This document shows positions 9,891-18,432 of a stretch of DNA of 64,000 nt, piece by piece; position 1 is the first letter of the stretch, and the number at the start of each line of letters is the position of its first letter. The position numbers and the translations under genes were made by a program. A model generated the notes under the pieces. That model did not search any database, had not been told where the DNA came from, and worked only from the letters and a program-made list of their open reading frames with translations. Where the stretch lies: NCBI GenBank assembly GCA_016235055.1, contig JACRMK010000007.1:85066-149065 (forward strand), in the 5' to 3' direction. This DNA is from Chloroflexota bacterium (lineage in GTDB: Bacteria > Chloroflexota > Anaerolineae > JACRMK01).

Positions 9891-9892
9891 CA

Positions 9893-10372
9893 ATGGCGCA
9901 ACAACCTCCCGGAATGCGGAAACCCGGCCTGGCAGCCGGTGCCCCGCATGCTGATCTGACCTATCAAATCATCGGGTTGGCCATACAAGTGCGTGATGAT
10001 CTCGGGCCTGGTCACCGCAAAGCCGTTTATCATAACGCATTGCGGGCGCGCTTTGCAGGAAAACTCGATTTTGCGGATGAGCCGCGTCTTGCGGTTCTCG
10101 ATGAAGATAGCAATGTCGTATTCAAATACAAGCCAGACTTTGTCATCGCCGGCGAAGTCATCGTTGAAATCAAAGCACATTCGCACCCACTGACACGGAA
10201 TGAAGTTGCACAAGTACTCGACTACTTTGCAGCCTCGGACTGCAATGTGGCTTTGTTGATCAATTTTGGCCGCTTCCGCCTTGAGTGGAATCGCCTTTTT
10301 CCACCCGGGAAGATTCTAGAGCATCGGGAGTCACGACAGCGCAAGGGCACGAATCGTCCGCCCAATCCGTGA
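9893..10372 (+). CDS. GxxExxY-family protein (predicted PD-(D/E)XK-like fold)
   Basis: It has the IAGEVIVEIKA...VAQVLDYFAASD motif. A GGGAG RBS lies 10 nt upstream of the ATG. Confidence 0.6.
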   Translation: MAQQPPGMRKPGLAAGAPHADLTYQIIGLAIQVRDDLGPGHRKAVYHNALRARFAGKLDFADEPRLAVLDEDSNVVFKYKPDFVIAGEVIVEIKAHSHPLTRNEVAQVLDYFAASDCNVALLINFGRFRLEWNRLFPPGKILEHRESRQRKGTNRPPNP

Positions 10373-10470
10373 GTAACGGAACAGATGCCGGCGCCGTCCG
10401 TTCGTCCGACGCGTGTCCGTTGTCTCGTCCGTTTGTCCGTTGCATGTCCGTTGTCATATCCGTTGACAAG
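10373..10470. repeat. Right imperfect inverted repeat of the GxxExxY cassette
   Basis: gtccgttgtctcgtccgtttgtccgttgcatgtccgttgtcatatccgtt is the reverse-complement motif of the left repeat. Confidence 0.7.
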
Positions 10471-10483
10471 AGGAACTACACCC

Positions 10484-11689
10484 ATGAACCACTTCTCAAC
10501 CCTTAAACCGCTGCTGCTGCAAACCGACTCCAAGATCGTGTTGCTCGTGATGGACGGTCTGGGCGGCCTGCCGCGCGAGGCCGGCGGCCTGACCGAGTTG
10601 GAGACGGCGCGCACGCCGAATATGGATGCGCTCGCCGCGCACGGCCAGCTTGGCCTCAGCGTGCCAATCGCGCCCGGCGTCACGCCCGGCAGCGGCCCGG
10701 CGCATCTCTCGCTGTTCGGTTATGATCCGCTCGAGTTCGTCATCGGACGCGGCGCGTTGGAAGCGCTCGGCGTCGGCTTCCATCTCACCGACCGCGACGT
10801 TGCCGCGCGCGGCAACTTCTGCACCGTCGACGCCGCCGGCAACGTCACCGACCGGCGCGCCGGACGCATCGCGGACGAGGTGAACCGGCGCTTGTGCGGC
10901 ATCCTGTCGCAGATCAAGGTCGATGGCGCTACGATCATCGTCAAGTCGGTCAAAGAGCACCGCTTCGTGCTGATCATGCGCGGCGACGGGCTGTCGGGCG
11001 ATCTGTCGGAGACCGACCCGGGCGTACTCGGACGCCCGCCCGCGCCGGTCGCCGCCGGGTCGCCGGCGGCGGTGCGCGCAGCCGCTGTTGCCAACGAGTT
11101 CGTCGCCAAAGCGCGCGATCTGCTCAAGAATGAGCACCCGGCCAATATGGTGCTCATGCGCGGCTTCGCCAAACATCCCGGCTTCCCGACGTTCGATCAG
11201 GTCTACGGCCTTAAGGCGGGCGCGGTCGCCGTCTACCCGATGTATCGCGGGCTGGCGTCGCTGCTCGGCATGAGCCTGCTGGAGACCGGCCCGACGATCG
11301 CCGACGAGTTCCGCACGGTCGCCGCGCACTGGAATGACTACAACTTCTTCTTTGTTCACGTCAAGAAGACCGACTCGATGGGCGAGGACGGCAACTTTGA
11401 CGGCAAGGTGCACGTTATCGAGGACGTCGATGCCGCGTTGCCGATTCTGACCGCGCTCAAACCCGATGCGCTGCTGATCACCGGCGATCACTCGACGCCG
11501 GCGACGTTCAAGTCGCATTCGTGGCATCCGGTGCCGACGCTGCTCTCCTCGGTCTGGTGCCGCGGCGAAGGTGCGGTCAAGTTCGGCGAGCGCGACTGCT
11601 TGCGCGGCGCGTGGGGCGCCTTCCACGCGACGAGCATCATGCCCGAATTGATGGGGCATGCCGGCAAACTGGCGCGCTACGGAGCGTAA
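10484..11689 (+). CDS. apgM: Cofactor-independent phosphoglycerate mutase, archaeal type
   Basis: The N-terminus is KIVLLVMDGLGG. The length and overall similarity fit the ApgM family. An AGAGGA RBS is present. Confidence 0.8.
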   Translation: MNHFSTLKPLLLQTDSKIVLLVMDGLGGLPREAGGLTELETARTPNMDALAAHGQLGLSVPIAPGVTPGSGPAHLSLFGYDPLEFVIGRGALEALGVGFHLTDRDVAARGNFCTVDAAGNVTDRRAGRIADEVNRRLCGILSQIKVDGATIIVKSVKEHRFVLIMRGDGLSGDLSETDPGVLGRPPAPVAAGSPAAVRAAAVANEFVAKARDLLKNEHPANMVLMRGFAKHPGFPTFDQVYGLKAGAVAVYPMYRGLASLLGMSLLETGPTIADEFRTVAAHWNDYNFFFVHVKKTDSMGEDGNFDGKVHVIEDVDAALPILTALKPDALLITGDHSTPATFKSHSWHPVPTLLSSVWCRGEGAVKFGERDCLRGAWGAFHATSIMPELMGHAGKLARYGA

Positions 11690-11721
11690 GCAGGCACTTG
11701 TGTATAATGGCGTTGGAGGAA

Positions 11722-12039
11722 ATGATGAAGACCAACGGTAACCGGGCCCGCGCGCCGCGCCTCATGCGCGAGACGCTCGGCGGTGCGTCCTATGAATACT
11801 ACCCGCTGGGGCGGCATGTCGTCGCCGCGCCGGGCATCTGCGGCGGCAGGCCGACGTTCAAATACACCCGCATCGAAGTCAAACTCGTGCTTGACCTGCT
11901 TGCCGCCGGTTGGACGATTGAGCGTGTTGTGGCCGATTACCACCGGCCGGAGGTCACGCGGGCGGCGATCCGTGAAGCGATCGGCATGGCGGGGAAAGCC
12001 CTGGTTAAGTCCGCGTCGGTTCTCCAGATTGCCGCGTGA
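11722..12039 (+). CDS. DUF433 domain protein (putative antitoxin)
   Basis: It has the DUF433 pattern GGRPTFKYTRIEVKLVLDLLAAGWTIERVVADY. GGAGGA is the RBS. Confidence 0.65.
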   Translation: MMKTNGNRARAPRLMRETLGGASYEYYPLGRHVVAAPGICGGRPTFKYTRIEVKLVLDLLAAGWTIERVVADYHRPEVTRAAIREAIGMAGKALVKSASVLQIAA

Positions 12040-12434
12040 TTGTTCTTGACGAGCAGATCGATCGCCGGAGCATCGCGACCGGCGTTGCGGCCTGGTATTC
12101 GGGCAGGGTTGTCTCGATAAAGCACTTGCGCCCGCGCACCGTCATCAAAGACGATTCCATCGAACTCCTGCTACGGGCAGTTCGGAGCCCGGCATTTGTT
12201 ACCATCAACCTCAGAGACTTCTGGCAGGTGATGCACGCCAGTCCACGTTACTGCGTCATCTGCATCGACTTGCCGCAATCGCAAGCCGAGGAGATTCCGG
12301 CGTTACTGCGACGACTCTGCACGTTATCCCGATTCAGAACCAGGGCATTGCGCATGGGCACTGTTATCTGTGTTCGCCCTACCCGTATCGAATACTATCA
12401 AGCCGAGAGGACGCTCGTAACTACCGCATGGTGA
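12036..12434 (+). CDS. Putative PIN-like (DUF5615-like) toxin partner of DUF433
   Basis: ATGA start/stop overlap with the DUF433 gene. The acidic N-terminus VLDEQID and the small size fit. G+C is lower than in the surroundings. Confidence 0.4.
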   Translation: MIVLDEQIDRRSIATGVAAWYSGRVVSIKHLRPRTVIKDDSIELLLRAVRSPAFVTINLRDFWQVMHASPRYCVICIDLPQSQAEEIPALLRRLCTLSRFRTRALRMGTVICVRPTRIEYYQAERTLVTTAW

Positions 12435-12458
12435 GTTGCAGAGCCGAAAGGTAAGCCC

Positions 12459-14168
12459 GTGGACCTCCCCAAACTGCTCTCCGTTGCGCGCGGCGACGAG
12501 CCGGCCGATCTGCTGATCAAGAACGCACGGCTGATCAACGTCTTCTCGACGGAGATCTACGACGCCGACGTGGCCGTGCTGGACGACCGCATCGCGGGTA
12601 TCGGCAAGGAGTACACGGCGCGCGAAACCGTCGACGTGAAGGGTATGTACCTTGCGCCGGGTTTCATCGACGGCCACATTCACATCGAATCCTCGATGAT
12701 GAAGGTCTCGGAGTTCGCGCGCGCGGTCGTGCCGCACGGGACGACCGCCGTCGTCGCCGACCCGCACGAGATCGCCAACGTGCTCGGCCTCGATGGCATC
12801 CGCTACATCCTCGAATCGGCCAAGGACGGCCCAATGAGCGTGTACGTCATGCTCTCGTCGTGCGTGCCCGCCACGCACATGGAGACGAGCGGCGCGCGCC
12901 TGACCGCCGAGGATCTGCAGCCGTACCTCAACCACAAATGGGTGCGCGGCATCGCCGAGTTGATGAACTATCCTGGCGTGGTGAATGGCGACCCCGATAT
13001 GCTCGCCAAACTCCAGATCGGCCGTGGTATGCGACTGGACGGCCACGCGCCCGGCCTGACTGGCAAAGGGCTGAACGCGTACGTGGCGGCCGGCGTTGGC
13101 TCCGACCACGAGAGCACCACACTGGCCGAGGCGCGCGAGAAGCTGCGGCTGGGCCAGTACGTCATGGTGCGCGAGGGCACGACCGCCAAGAACATGCAGG
13201 CGCTGCTGCCGCTGATCAATCGCGACAACAGCCGCCGCTTCATGTTCGTGAGCGACGACCGCCACCCGGACTATCTGATGGGTCTCGGCCACATGGATCA
13301 CTCGATCCGCATGGCGGTCAGCCTGGGGCTGGATCCGATCACGGCCATCCAGATGTGCACCTGCAACACGTCCGAATGGTTCAACCTGCGCAACGGCGGC
13401 GCGATCATGCCGGGCTACTTCGCCGACATGGCCGCGTTCACGGACCTCAAGCAGATCGACGTGCGTATGGTCTGGCGCGGTGGACGGCTGGTCGCGCGCG
13501 ACGGCGCGCTGCTGCCCGGCATCAAAGGCGGGCGCGATGTGCTGATCCGCTCAGCCATGAACGTCGCGTGGGACCGGGTGGACTTCAAGGTCAAGGCGGC
13601 CGGCTCGCACATGCGCGTGATCGAGGTCATCCCGGACCAGCTGGTGACCCGCGAAGTGATCGAGCCGGTTAAGCGTATCGGCGAGTACGCCGTCTCGGAT
13701 GTGTCGCGCGACGTGCTGAAGCTGAGCGTCATCGAGCGCCATCAGGCCTCGGGTGCGATGAGCAGCGGCTTCGTGCGCGGCTTCGGGCTGAAAGGCGGCG
13801 CGCTGGCGGCCTCGGTCGCGCACGACTCGCACAATATCATCGTCGTCGGTACCAACGACAACGACATGCTCACGGCGGCGCGCGCCATCGGGCGCATGGG
13901 CGGCGGCTACGTCGTCGTGAACGACGGCGAAGTGCTGGCGCAGGTGCCGCTGCCGATCGCCGGGCTGATGACCGATCAGCCGCTGGAGATTGTCAACGCG
14001 CAGGTGGAGGACATCCTGCAGGTCAGCCACCAGTTGGGCGTCGAGTTGGGAAACCCGTTCATGGCACTCTCGTTCCTGGCGCTGCCCGTTATCCCCAGCC
14101 TGAAGCTGACCGACCAAGGGCTGGTCGATGTCGATCAGTTCAAGCTCGTGCCGCTGTTTGTCGACTGA
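12459..14168 (+). CDS. ade: Adenine deaminase
   Basis: It has the amidohydrolase signature FIDGHIHIESSM and the typical ~570-aa architecture. It starts with GTG. Confidence 0.85.
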   Translation: MDLPKLLSVARGDEPADLLIKNARLINVFSTEIYDADVAVLDDRIAGIGKEYTARETVDVKGMYLAPGFIDGHIHIESSMMKVSEFARAVVPHGTTAVVADPHEIANVLGLDGIRYILESAKDGPMSVYVMLSSCVPATHMETSGARLTAEDLQPYLNHKWVRGIAELMNYPGVVNGDPDMLAKLQIGRGMRLDGHAPGLTGKGLNAYVAAGVGSDHESTTLAEAREKLRLGQYVMVREGTTAKNMQALLPLINRDNSRRFMFVSDDRHPDYLMGLGHMDHSIRMAVSLGLDPITAIQMCTCNTSEWFNLRNGGAIMPGYFADMAAFTDLKQIDVRMVWRGGRLVARDGALLPGIKGGRDVLIRSAMNVAWDRVDFKVKAAGSHMRVIEVIPDQLVTREVIEPVKRIGEYAVSDVSRDVLKLSVIERHQASGAMSSGFVRGFGLKGGALAASVAHDSHNIIVVGTNDNDMLTAARAIGRMGGGYVVVNDGEVLAQVPLPIAGLMTDQPLEIVNAQVEDILQVSHQLGVELGNPFMALSFLALPVIPSLKLTDQGLVDVDQFKLVPLFVD

Positions 14169-14181
14169 CCGGTTCCCTCCC

Positions 14182-16560
14182 ATGCCCGAGACACCGGACG
14201 CTGCCGTCCATCCCCTGCCATTGAAGCGCGTTGCCGCCGCCGAAGAGATTCGCCGCGGTGCGGCGGGCTTTGTCGGCCGAACGCGGGAGCTTGAAACGCT
14301 CTCGCAGTTGGTGCTCGGCGACGGGCCGGCGCCGCGCTGGTTGTCGTTCGTCGGCGCGGCGGGCATCGGCCGCACACGGCTCGCGCAGCGCCTGGCATCC
14401 GACTGGCTGGCGGCGTTCCCCGATGGTGCGGGCTGGCTCGATGTCTCGCAGGTGCCCGACGCGGCCCTGCTGTCGGGCGCCGTGGCGCATGCGCTCGGCA
14501 TGCGCGAGCAGCCGGGTCAAACGGCGCTGGAGGCGCTGGCAGCGTCGTTGCAGAACGCGCGCATCTTGCTGGTGCTTGACGCATGCGACCATCTGCGGCC
14601 GGCCGTCGACGCGCTGATCGCGCGCCTGCTCTCTGCCTGTTTATATTTGAGCGTGATCGTCACAGCGGACGAGCCGCTGCTGGGCAGTAGCGAGATTGTC
14701 TGGCGTGTTCCCGCGCTGGTCTGCCCCGATGATGATGTTCCTCCCCGCCTGCTGGCGCAGCACGATGCATCGCTCTGGTTTATCGAGTGCGCCGCGCGCC
14801 GCGGCTTCAATGTCCCACTGGCGGTCAAGCCGTCGGTAGCGCTGGCGCATCTCTGCCGCCTCCTCGACGGCGTGCCGCTCGCCATCGAACTGGCGGCTGC
14901 GGGACTGCCCGCCATGCCGCTCGCCGACCTCGCGCAATCCATCGATGAGCGCTTCAAAGGGATGGCGCGCGGCCATCTGTCCACGGTGCCGCGCCCGCAA
15001 ATACTGCGCGTGATGATCGACTGGAGCATCAACCGCCTGTCGCCGGATGAGCGCGTGTGGCTGATTCGGTTTAGCGCCTTCCCCGGCGATTGCGGCTTGG
15101 ATGCGCTGGCGCGTCTCGGCCCGGCTTCGGAAACCGGCGTGGAGCTGTTGCCGGGTGTTCTGGCGCGTCTGGTCGATACGGCGCTGGTGGTCAAGCGCGA
15201 ATCGGATGCCGCGCCGTGCTGGCGGTTGATCGATCCGGTACGCCATGAACTGCGTGAACGGCTGCGGCAGTCCGGCGATGAAGACGCCGTCATGCAGCGC
15301 GCGGCCGCCTTCTACGCGGAACTGGGCGCAACGCTGCAGGCCGCCTGGCATAGCCCGGAAGCGGCGACGGCGCTGGCGCGCGCGCGGCGCGAACTGCCCA
15401 ACATCCGCGCGCTGCTCGCGTGGGCCTGTGCCGCGCCGGAGCGGACGCCGTTCGGCTGGCCGCTTGCCAGTGTGCTGGGCTGGTTCTGGGATGCGGAAGG
15501 GCTGTTTACCGAGGCACGCTTCTGGTGCAGCGCGTTGCTGCGCGCCGGCACGACTGAACCGGGGCCATGGAGCGCGCGCTTGCTGCACATGACCGGCCGG
15601 TTCGCCCGGGCGCAGGCCGATGGCGACGCGGCAAAGCGGCTGCTGGAGCAAAGCGTGGAGGTGTTCCGGGCGCTGCCTGATGCTGGGGCCGAAGCCGTGG
15701 CGCTGGCCGATTGGGCGCGTGCCACGGCAGACGATCAGGCGCTGGTTCGCCTCGACGCCGCGCTCGACCTGGCTCGCTCCGGCGGGCTGGTACGAGAGAC
15801 GGCTGCCGTGCTTGTTGCGCGCGGCGATCTGCTGTCGGCGGCTTGCCCCGCCGACGCGGCGACGGCGTATCAATCGGCGGCGCTCACGTCCCGGCAGTTG
15901 GGCGATAGCGTCCAATTGCTGGACGCGCTTATCGGGCTGTGTCGCCTGCGCCTGTCTGCCGGCGATCTGGATGGCGCGCACGACTGCCTGGTTGAGTGCC
16001 TCACATTGGCGCGCAACCTGAATCACGGCCACCGGCTGGCCCGGGTGCTGTCGCTGGCCGGGCAACTGGCGAGCCTCACGGCGGATTCGACTCATGCTGC
16101 GTGCCTTTATGCCGATGCCGCCGCTCTGCTCCGCGAGCTGGGCGCGCGGGATGGGCTCGCGCGCGTGCTCCGCGCGGAGGGCACGGCGCGGCTGGCGGCG
16201 GGCGAACCCGGCCGCGCGGCCAGCCTGTTCCGCGATAGCCTGTCGCTGTTGGCGGCCATGAACGACCGGCGCGAGATTGCCGTGACGCTCGCCGCGCTGG
16301 CTTGCGCCCTTGCGCCTCAGCCGGCTATCACCCTCGGGGCGGCGGCGCGTGCCATCCTCAATGCATCGGGCGGCCGCCTGGACCCTGCCGGCGAGGCGTC
16401 GCTGCAGCACGCCCTCACGACGGCGCGCGCCGCCGTTGGCGATGTGGTATACCAGGCCGCCTGGCAATCCGGCCGCGCCATGACGCTGGCCGATGCGCTT
16501 GCCCTCGCCCGGATGCCGGCCGAGCAACACCGAGCGGCGCGTGACGATGATGCGGTTTGA
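14182..16560 (+). CDS. NB-ARC/STAND-like ATPase-domain protein with C-terminal TPR repeats and a Walker A variant (GAAGIGRT)
   Basis: The P-loop region is VGAAGIGRTRLA (R in place of K), there is an LLVLDA Walker B-like segment, and the C-terminus is helical-repeat. No HTH domain is detected. Confidence 0.55.
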   Translation: MPETPDAAVHPLPLKRVAAAEEIRRGAAGFVGRTRELETLSQLVLGDGPAPRWLSFVGAAGIGRTRLAQRLASDWLAAFPDGAGWLDVSQVPDAALLSGAVAHALGMREQPGQTALEALAASLQNARILLVLDACDHLRPAVDALIARLLSACLYLSVIVTADEPLLGSSEIVWRVPALVCPDDDVPPRLLAQHDASLWFIECAARRGFNVPLAVKPSVALAHLCRLLDGVPLAIELAAAGLPAMPLADLAQSIDERFKGMARGHLSTVPRPQILRVMIDWSINRLSPDERVWLIRFSAFPGDCGLDALARLGPASETGVELLPGVLARLVDTALVVKRESDAAPCWRLIDPVRHELRERLRQSGDEDAVMQRAAAFYAELGATLQAAWHSPEAATALARARRELPNIRALLAWACAAPERTPFGWPLASVLGWFWDAEGLFTEARFWCSALLRAGTTEPGPWSARLLHMTGRFARAQADGDAAKRLLEQSVEVFRALPDAGAEAVALADWARATADDQALVRLDAALDLARSGGLVRETAAVLVARGDLLSAACPADAATAYQSAALTSRQLGDSVQLLDALIGLCRLRLSAGDLDGAHDCLVECLTLARNLNHGHRLARVLSLAGQLASLTADSTHAACLYADAAALLRELGARDGLARVLRAEGTARLAAGEPGRAASLFRDSLSLLAAMNDRREIAVTLAALACALAPQPAITLGAAARAILNASGGRLDPAGEASLQHALTTARAAVGDVVYQAAWQSGRAMTLADALALARMPAEQHRAARDDDAV

Positions 16561-16675
16561 TTTTTCGGCCGCGCTCAGTACAATAAAACTGCCCGGCCGG
16601 ACGCGCGCAACGCGCCCGCTGCTCTCACCAGGCTCGTTCTGCCCCGCTGGATATATCGCGCTCCACAGGTGAGTT

Positions 16676-18220
16676 ATGACGGTCCAGAATTACGGATTCC
16701 TGATCGACAATCGCCGCTGTATCGGCTGCCACGCCTGCACCACCGCCTGCAAGGCGGAAAACGCCGTGCCGGTGGGCGTCAACCGCACTTGGGTCAAGTA
16801 CACCGAGAAAGGCGTCTTCCCGGACACCCGCCGCTACTTCCAGGTCACGCGCTGCAATCACTGCGCCAACCCGCCGTGTGTGCACATCTGCCCGACGGCG
16901 GCGATGTTCCGGCGCGCCGATGGCATCGTGGAGTTCGACAACGCCTACTGCATCGGCTGCAAGGCGTGTCTGCAGGCGTGCCCGTACGACGCGATCTACA
17001 TCGACCCTGACACACACACAGCCGCGAAGTGCCATTACTGCGCGCATCGCACCGACATCGGACTGGAGCCGGCCTGCGTGGTCGTCTGCCCCGTGCACGC
17101 CATCATTGCCGGCGACCTGTCCGACGCGGACAGCGAGATCGCGCGCGCGGTGAACACGCAGCCGGTGCGCGTGCGCAAGCCGGAGCAGGGCACCAAGCCG
17201 AAGCTGTTCTACATCGACGCCGAGGAGTCGTCGATCGTGCCGGGTCTGGCCCGGCAGGACGGCGGCTTCCTGTGGGGAACCCGACCCGAGGGCGACGACT
17301 GGCGCGGACCGCTCACGGTGGGCGAGGGCCGCATGGCCGGCGCGCTCGTCAACACGGCCGGCGCGCCGCGCGAAACGTACAACGCGCCGCATCGCGTGCC
17401 GTGGCACTGGCCGGTGCCGACGTACCTCGTTACGAAGGCGCTGGGTACCGGTTTCTTCATGATCACCGCGGCGTTCCTGCTCGGCATGGAGCCGCCGCCG
17501 CCGAGCGCACTGACCGTCGTGCCCCTGTTGCTGTCGCTGCTCTTCACGGCCATCACGACCGGCCTGCTGGTGCTCGATCTCGACCAGCCGAAGCGCTTCT
17601 ATTACATGCTGATCCGCCCGCAGTGGAAGTCGTGGCTGACGCGCGGCGCGTTCGCCCTGATTGGCTTCTCCGCGCTGGCGGCGCTCGTCCTGCTGACGCA
17701 CCTGATGGCGTTCGAGGAAACGGTGCAGTTGTTCGCCTGGCTCGGCATGCCGTTCGCCGTGCTGGCGGCGGTCTACACGGCGTTCCTGTTCGCGCAGGCC
17801 GAGGGGCGCGATCTGTGGCAAAGCCCCCTGCTGGCAGCGCACCTGTTTGTGCAAGCCGTAATGGCCGGCGCGGCCGGGTTCCTGATTCTCAAGCCGTTCA
17901 TTCCGAACATGGGCGATGGCTATGGCCTGCTGCTCGGCATCAGCGTGGCGGCCAACCTGCTGCTGACGCTCGGCGGCGAGTTTGCCGTGCCACATGCCTC
18001 GCAGGTCGCCTCGACCGCCGCGAATATGATCACGCACGGGCGCTACAAGAACTGGTACTGGTTCAGCGTGCTGGGCGGGCTGGCCGCGCCGCTGGCGCTC
18101 GTTCTGCTGGCGGGCAGCCAGCCGCTGGCGGGCCTGCTGGCCGGTGTGCTGGCGCTCGCCGGGCTGTTCGCCTACGAGTGGGCGTTTGTGATGGCGCCGC
18201 AGCAGGTGCCGAACAGCTAA
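16676..18220 (+). CDS. Fused 4Fe-4S ferredoxin (PsrB/SoeB-like) and NrfD/PsrC-like membrane anchor subunit of a molybdoenzyme
   Basis: The N-terminal 200 aa have four CxxCxxCxxxCP clusters. The C-terminal ~300 aa are polytopic and NrfD-like. There is no Tat signal. Confidence 0.8.
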   Translation: MTVQNYGFLIDNRRCIGCHACTTACKAENAVPVGVNRTWVKYTEKGVFPDTRRYFQVTRCNHCANPPCVHICPTAAMFRRADGIVEFDNAYCIGCKACLQACPYDAIYIDPDTHTAAKCHYCAHRTDIGLEPACVVVCPVHAIIAGDLSDADSEIARAVNTQPVRVRKPEQGTKPKLFYIDAEESSIVPGLARQDGGFLWGTRPEGDDWRGPLTVGEGRMAGALVNTAGAPRETYNAPHRVPWHWPVPTYLVTKALGTGFFMITAAFLLGMEPPPPSALTVVPLLLSLLFTAITTGLLVLDLDQPKRFYYMLIRPQWKSWLTRGAFALIGFSALAALVLLTHLMAFEETVQLFAWLGMPFAVLAAVYTAFLFAQAEGRDLWQSPLLAAHLFVQAVMAGAAGFLILKPFIPNMGDGYGLLLGISVAANLLLTLGGEFAVPHASQVASTAANMITHGRYKNWYWFSVLGGLAAPLALVLLAGSQPLAGLLAGVLALAGLFAYEWAFVMAPQQVPNS

Positions 18221-18224
18221 GTCG

Positions 18225-18320
18225 CACTCAGAGAAAGCAAGCCCGAAACGCCTTGGATGACTCAAACCCAACACAAAGGCACGAAGACACCAAGAAAGAC
18301 AAAAGCCTTTCTTTGTGCCT
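18225..18320. repeat. Imperfect-hairpin intergenic repeat, family C, copy a (caacacaaaggcacgaagaca...cctttctttgtgcctttgtggctttgtgttg)
   Basis: It lies in the 212-nt gap between the FeS/NrfD gene and the Mo-subunit gene. Homologous arms are at 49350-49435 and 51850-51970. Confidence 0.55.
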
Positions 18321-18432
18321 TTGTGGCTTTGTGTTGAAATCTTGCATACCAATCGACGTGTTGATCGTGCCGACTATGTCCGCATGTCGTCACAGCGAAG
18401 GAACTTGAATTGCCGCACGGGGATAGGTCTCT

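Noticed and set aside
9791-10470. Possible CRISPR array suggested by the reiterated ACGGACAAACGGA motif
   Set aside because: The repeats are only 8-13 nt, irregularly spaced, have no unique spacers, and occur as two inverted blocks around a gene. This is not CRISPR architecture.
10496-13301. Long minus-strand ORFs 10496-11659 and 12324-13301
   Set aside because: They are antisense to apgM and adenine deaminase respectively, both of which have strong family signatures.
14641-16530. 629-aa minus-strand ORF
   Set aside because: It is antisense to the NB-ARC/TPR gene and has an Arg/Gln/Gly-rich composition and no motifs.
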